Part shown: piece after piece, positions 59,537 to 64,000 of the stretch
Numbering within the stretch: position 1 is the stretch's first letter
How the letters are laid out: each line of letters starts with the position of its first letter
From: a virus
DNA: 64,000 bases
Reading direction: 5' to 3' (one strand)
Virus record (IMG/VR): IMGVR_UViG_3300043448_001007
Location: 10,281 to 74,280 of that record
Notes under the pieces: model-generated
The model's database searches: none
What the model was told of the DNA's origin: nothing
What the model saw: only the letters and a program-made list of their open reading frames with translations
Made by a program: the position numbers and the translations under genes

Positions 59537-60814
59537 ATGAAATATTTAAAATCTTATAAAAAATACAATGAGGATGTTGCATTTGCTTCAACAGCTGGTA
59601 TGGGATCCGTTTCAAATTCACAACCAGGTGGATTTGCTGGTGATGTTTCAGGATCAACTCCCGGATCCGGTGATATACCCTTCTATTTAAAAAGAAATAA
59701 AGGGAAAAAAGGAAGTCCAAGCGAGGTTAGTGATTTAAGAGATTTGGAAGAAGTTGATGTTGAAGAAATTGATGACTTAAAAGAAGGATTTATTTTTGAA
59801 AATAAATCTGACATAAGATATAATTGGGTAGTTTTATATTTTGATAATATTAAAAAATTTAGTAATGGTGAAACAGGTCAATTATTAGATATTTTTTGGG
59901 CTGAGGATATGAATGAATTATATCATATTTTAAAAGATAATATATTTGATAATGAGGATGAAGAATTAACATATACAAATATTCCATATGATGAATGGTG
60001 TGGTTGGGCTAATGAATATAAAATTATTAGAGCTGGAGAAAAAGAACCAAGATTTCAAATTTGTTTAGATTCTGATAATTGTTGGAATGATTTCCTAGAC
60101 TTCTATAATAATGCTCCATTAAATGAAAATAAAGTAGTTAATTTTAAAGTATTTGAAAGTTCAAATAAATATAATTGGTTAATAACCTATCAGGATTATG
60201 ATAGTGATGAGGAAAATATCATTTGGTGTGAAGATATGAATGATGTTTATAAATCTATTAAAGGAAACCTATTTATCGATGAGGAAAATGAAATTGATGA
60301 AACTAATATTCCATATAGTGAGTGGCATGGTGGTAATGTCTATATAAAAATCTATAAATATGGTCAAAATCACGAATCCTTTCAAATCCATTTACAATCA
60401 GATGATACTTGGAACGATTTCTTAATTTTTTATAATGAAGTTCCATTAAATGAGAGTAAAAAGAAGTTTCCAAATATTAAAAAGATGGAAATTGATGGAT
60501 TTGAGGTTCTGATGGGTAAAGATGCTGATTCAAACGATTATTTAACTATTCAAATGAGAAAAGATGGGGATTTGTGGTTCCATGCACATGGATTTCCAGG
60601 ATCTCATATAATTTTAAGATGTGGTGATAGAATTCCGGATCAAAATACTAAAAAGAAAGTGGCGGAATTGGCCGCTAAGAATTCAAAGGCATCTGGATTG
60701 GCTACTGTAATATGTTGTCCAATTAATTTAGTTAAAAAGGAGTCTGGTTCAAATCCAGGGAAAGTTAAGATAGAAGATAGTCTTAATATTGAGAAAATAG
60801 ATATTAATCTATAA
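59537..60814 (+). CDS. Multidomain protein: targeting-like N-terminus, two ~100-aa duplicated acidic domains, C-terminal NFACT-R (DUF814) RNA-binding domain
   Basis: DGFEVLMGKDADSNDYLT...DLWFHAHGFPGSHIILR...AELAA.NSK is the NFACT-R signature of RqcH/FbpA. Confidence 0.8.
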   Translation: MKYLKSYKKYNEDVAFASTAGMGSVSNSQPGGFAGDVSGSTPGSGDIPFYLKRNKGKKGSPSEVSDLRDLEEVDVEEIDDLKEGFIFENKSDIRYNWVVLYFDNIKKFSNGETGQLLDIFWAEDMNELYHILKDNIFDNEDEELTYTNIPYDEWCGWANEYKIIRAGEKEPRFQICLDSDNCWNDFLDFYNNAPLNENKVVNFKVFESSNKYNWLITYQDYDSDEENIIWCEDMNDVYKSIKGNLFIDEENEIDETNIPYSEWHGGNVYIKIYKYGQNHESFQIHLQSDDTWNDFLIFYNEVPLNESKKKFPNIKKMEIDGFEVLMGKDADSNDYLTIQMRKDGDLWFHAHGFPGSHIILRCGDRIPDQNTKKKVAELAAKNSKASGLATVICCPINLVKKESGSNPGKVKIEDSLNIEKIDINL

Positions 60815-60821
60815 TTAAATT

Positions 60822-60830
60822 TAATATATA
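60822..60830 (+). promoter_or_regulatory. Representative phage late promoter TAATATATA (>20 copies in window)
   Basis: Other copies: plus strand 3355, 15860, 18251, 20284, 25202, 29246, 32469, 38349, 40195, 44411, 46507, 48671, 59523; minus strand 3318, 8978, 9617, 10638, 11281, 14685, 17350, 27285, 32401. Confidence 0.8.
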
Positions 60831-60834
60831 CTAA

Positions 60835-62208
60835 ATGGGACCATTAATAAAATACACCGACAGATTATATGATATATTTGATGAAATTGGTGGTAAAATT
60901 GCACAGAAGTTGATAATGTTGGAGGGTGATCCGAGTGTTATGAATGATTATTATGCTAAACTTATAGATATTTCAGAAGATGATTATTGTTTTGATCTTA
61001 CGATTGAGGATAATATTGAACCAGTTAAGATTGGATCTTTTGTTAGACATTTTTTGGAAAAAACTTGGACTGATCAAGAGTTTTTTGATTTCACAACAAG
61101 ATATAATGAATTGAAGGGTAAATATTTTAAGAAGAAAGAATTGGCTTATGGTTATTCTAAAGGAAGTAAAAAAGATGAAAGGGTTATATCTGGAACTCCA
61201 ATTGAAGTACCACCATTTAGTTTTAACCCTAAAGATGTTAGATCAACTTTCATTTCATTGGTAACAGAAACATATCCACATGGACATGAGGAAGAAGTTG
61301 TTCCTTTTATTAAAGATATTGGACTAAATAAAGATAAGTTTGGTAATTATTATAAAATAGTTGGTAATTCAACTACTATGTTTACTTCTCACTTAGATAC
61401 TGCTGATCGTAAGAAATCTAAAGTTGTTCTTTTAAGTGAATTAAAAGGAGGTGATGAAATTATTAAAACTGATGGATCAACTATTTTAGGGGCAGATGAT
61501 AAAGCTGGTGTTACTGTAATGTTATATATGATTTCTCACCAAGTTCCGGGATTATATTATTTCTTTATTGGTGAAGAAAGAGGTGGTATCGGCTCGTATA
61601 AATTAGCTGATTCTTATGATTCATTTCCATATTTAAAAAATATTAAAAAATGTATATCATTTGATAGACGAAATACTGTTTCTGTAATAACAAGTCAATT
61701 GGGTAGAGTTTGTTGCTCAGATACATTTGCTCAAAGATTGTGTGATGAGTATTCAAAATCTGGACTTAAATTAAGCTTGGATAATACTGGTGTGTATACT
61801 GATTCTGCTTCATTTATTGATAATATTTCAGAGTGTACTAATATATCTGTTGGGTATATGAATGAACATACAATTAATGAAACACAGAATATAACCTATT
61901 TAGAGAAACTGGCTAAGGCATCTGTTTCTGTTAATTGGGATAGTCTACCTAATACAAGAAAGGCTGGATTATCAGATGAAATTAAAAGAAAATATGGTAA
62001 GTTTTTGAGTGATTTAAGAAAGTGTAAAATAGATATGAATTGGGAATTAATTGGGGAAGATGGTGTGGCTAATATATGGGTGGAAATGGAAGGAACACTA
62101 CATGATGCTCATTTAGATTTAATGATTTTGGAAGATTTGTGTAATCGACATAAAATAGATCCAACAATAACCTTTGATACTTACTATTTCAAAATGGAAT
62201 TAAAATAA
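60835..62208 (+). CDS. M28/M20-clan zinc peptidase
   Basis: SHLDT, GADDKAG, GEERG, SFDR, YTDS, GY.NEH. Confidence 0.85.
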   Translation: MGPLIKYTDRLYDIFDEIGGKIAQKLIMLEGDPSVMNDYYAKLIDISEDDYCFDLTIEDNIEPVKIGSFVRHFLEKTWTDQEFFDFTTRYNELKGKYFKKKELAYGYSKGSKKDERVISGTPIEVPPFSFNPKDVRSTFISLVTETYPHGHEEEVVPFIKDIGLNKDKFGNYYKIVGNSTTMFTSHLDTADRKKSKVVLLSELKGGDEIIKTDGSTILGADDKAGVTVMLYMISHQVPGLYYFFIGEERGGIGSYKLADSYDSFPYLKNIKKCISFDRRNTVSVITSQLGRVCCSDTFAQRLCDEYSKSGLKLSLDNTGVYTDSASFIDNISECTNISVGYMNEHTINETQNITYLEKLAKASVSVNWDSLPNTRKAGLSDEIKRKYGKFLSDLRKCKIDMNWELIGEDGVANIWVEMEGTLHDAHLDLMILEDLCNRHKIDPTITFDTYYFKMELK

Positions 62209-62218
62209 TTTATAATAT

Positions 62219-62641
62219 ATGATTAAGAACTGGAAACTATTTAAAGAGAAGTATGATGAGGTAGATGACTCTGATTGGGATATTGAAGATGATGATTATG
62301 AACCATCTGAAGAAGATTTAGAAGATATCTTGGATGATAATGATATTGATTTAGAGATTGAAAATCTATGTTCGTTAATTCGTAAATATTTGAAAAATTC
62401 AGATCTATCATCATTAGTAGAATATAAAGATGGTGATTTAACTATTTATATATTTTTGGAAAAAAAGGAGAAGATCGGGTTATTAACTTCAATCCTGGAA
62501 GTTTTAAAAAATCTTCATAATGATATACTACCGGAATATGAAAGTAGTGTTGAACTATATCAAAATAAAACCAAAGAACCACTTTTGATTATTTCTTTAT
62601 ATAGAGATGATGAGGGTGATGGGGATAAAAATAAAAAATAA
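62219..62641 (+). CDS. Acidic protein with 'MIKNWKLFKE' N-terminus
   Basis: D/E-rich N-terminal half. Confidence 0.7.
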   Translation: MIKNWKLFKEKYDEVDDSDWDIEDDDYEPSEEDLEDILDDNDIDLEIENLCSLIRKYLKNSDLSSLVEYKDGDLTIYIFLEKKEKIGLLTSILEVLKNLHNDILPEYESSVELYQNKTKEPLLIISLYRDDEGDGDKNKK

Positions 62642-62642
62642 T

Positions 62643-63056
62643 ATGAGATATTTAAAAAAATTCGATTTTTATATTATTGAAAATGTAGAACAACTATCAT
62701 TAAAATACATCAGACCTGATGTAACTGATGATATGGGTTGGAGGAAACCAGGAATGGCAGATTGGGGTGTATTTAAAAATGATGAGTTAGTTGCTGTTTT
62801 TTATTTAGATGATGAAAAACCTGATCTTTATATAAGAGGATTTGAAATAAAAGAAGATTTTAGAGGTAAGGGTTATGGAAAAAAAGTTTTGGACTTGATA
62901 AAGTCATATGCTAAATCGAAAAAGTTTAAATTCTTAACTCTGAATTTTTATAAATCAAATAAAGTAGCTGAACATCTTTATAGGAGTTACGGTTTCTTTG
63001 ATGATACTAAGCAATTTCCAGAATCACCTGTTATTAATCTAAGAATGAAAATTTAA
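62643..63056 (+). CDS. GNAT acetyltransferase
   Basis: FRGKGYGKKVL acetyl-CoA motif and N..A..LY.SYGF; start moved to ATG 62643 (MRYLKKFD). Confidence 0.85.
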   Translation: MRYLKKFDFYIIENVEQLSLKYIRPDVTDDMGWRKPGMADWGVFKNDELVAVFYLDDEKPDLYIRGFEIKEDFRGKGYGKKVLDLIKSYAKSKKFKFLTLNFYKSNKVAEHLYRSYGFFDDTKQFPESPVINLRMKI

Positions 63057-63101
63057 ACTTTTTCTGTTTTTTATATATAATATATATAATCACAAATTAA
63101 C

Positions 63102-63468
63102 GGGGATGTCTAGGCATTTGATTTGTTATTGAGTGGTAATTGTGCAAGCATCGGTTTGATAGCGTCCGATTAAAATAAACTGTTAAACAATAAACGCAAC
63201 TTCTAACGAAGTAGGAACCGCTGAAGACTTAGTAAGCGCCCTAAGAAACAACCAATTAGCGAAAGCTGAATTAGTTTAGTACTAAGATTAACTCACAATC
63301 TAAAAGAGAGAAAGATATCTTACATCTATAAAGAAAGAAATAGTTAGATGATCCAGTTCTATTTAAAAACGATCTATGTTTTGAAATTTTTCGAAAAAAA
63401 TTCTAAGCTTGTAAATGAATAGTTATTGACTTGTAATGAAAACCGCGGTTCGAGTCCGCGCATCTCCA
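63102..63468 (+). ncRNA. ssrA: tmRNA
   Basis: Acceptor stem GGGGATG/CATCTCC-A with a G3:U pair; T-arm CGCGG-TTCGAGT-CCGCG; about 367 nt; internal tag ORF; followed by a terminator. Confidence 0.92.
63196..63279 (+). other. tmRNA tag reading frame: (A)ATSNEVGTAEDLVSALRNNQLAKAELV*
   Basis: Resume codon GCA after ATAAAC; TAG at 63277-63279. Confidence 0.7.
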
Positions 63469-63470
63469 CT

Positions 63471-63494
63471 AAAACCTCCACTAGGAGGTTTTTT
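63471..63494 (+). terminator. Terminator after tmRNA
   Basis: AAAACCTCC-ACTA-GGAGGTTTTT. Confidence 0.85.
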
Positions 63495-63512
63495 ATTTTT
63501 AAAATTATTTTG

Positions 63513-63520
63513 TATATTTG
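63513..63520 (+). promoter_or_regulatory. Bacteroidota sigma-A -7 element
   Basis: TATATTTG upstream of ATG 63538. Confidence 0.55.
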
Positions 63521-63537
63521 TGATAAATAATAAATTT

Positions 63538-64000
63538 ATGATATTCTTATTACCATCTCTTGATAATACACTACGACAAGTAGATCCAAACTTTGAAGGC
63601 GAATACCAAACTATTAAAACATTAGGATCAAATGTATATCTATTTCACCATGATGGATTTATATATGATGGTAATATAAAAACAAACCTTCCAAACCAAA
63701 CAGAAAAAACCGAAATAATACTTAGATCTTGGATGTTAAAACCATTTGAATATGAGAATTTATGGAACTTTCTTAATGATAAAAATTATACTTTAATAAA
63801 CAATCCAGAACAATATTTAAATGCTCATTACTATTCAAGATCATATCCTCTATTAAAGGATATAATGGCTCCATCTAAAATACTTTTAAATTGGGATAGT
63901 GAAACATTATTGAATAATAAACCATCTGAAAGTTTTATAATCAAAGACTTGGTAAAATCTGAAAAAGATTGTTTTATTATTCCTGTTGATAATGAAAATA
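63538..64000 (+). CDS. ATP-grasp (R2K/DUF4343-like) protein, 3'-truncated
   Basis: VDPNFEGEY, LRSWML...Y, LINNPEQY..AHY....YP, FIIKD.VKSEK. Confidence 0.65.
   Translation, partial: MIFLLPSLDNTLRQVDPNFEGEYQTIKTLGSNVYLFHHDGFIYDGNIKTNLPNQTEKTEIILRSWMLKPFEYENLWNFLNDKNYTLINNPEQYLNAHYYSRSYPLLKDIMAPSKILLNWDSETLLNNKPSESFIIKDLVKSEKDCFIIPVDNEN

Noticed and set aside
63440-63470. Stand-alone tRNA
   Set aside because: The T-arm and acceptor 3' strand pair with 63102-63108, about 360 nt upstream, so this is the tmRNA end; there is no anticodon arm.
1-64000. Eukaryotic giant virus or bacterial chromosome origin
   Set aside because: T4-like portal, sheath, capsid and gp55, together with tmRNA, ClpS and intrinsic terminators, indicate a tailed bacteriophage.

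Overview
This window is part of a very AT-rich T4-like (myovirus) jumbo phage genome. The host is probably Bacteroidota, inferred from TAnnTTTG -7 promoter boxes and the absence of Shine-Dalgarno sites. It carries most of the morphogenesis core: small and large terminase, tail sheath and tube, baseplate proteins, gp15-, gp4- and gp2-like proteins, portal, a protease-scaffold fusion, major capsid protein and fibres. It also has a gp55-like late sigma factor, a clamp loader, an Mre11/gp47 nuclease, three Hef-like endonucleases, ClpS and a tmRNA. Highlights: (1) at least 12 unrelated, mostly late-promoter genes share an N-terminal 'MKxIKxF..(F/L/Y)xE' peptide resembling the T4 capsid-targeting sequence, suggesting an enzyme cargo (amidoligase, cysteine hydrolase, HD phosphohydrolase, GNAT, NFACT-R) packaged into the head and injected; one looks like a protease-processed polyprotein that copies the capsid protein N-arm. 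(2) A candidate ribosome-rescue/proteostasis cluster: an RqcH-type NFACT-R domain, M28 peptidase, GNAT, and a tmRNA with an atypical 27-aa tag ending ELV. (3) The large terminase is split into two genes joined by an atypically split intein. (4) A TAATATATA late promoter, often so close to the ATG that the mRNA must be leaderless, plus further promoter/operator motifs. (5) Two +1 frame breaks and several small ORFs missing from the ORF track. All calls come from motif recognition by eye; no database searches were run.
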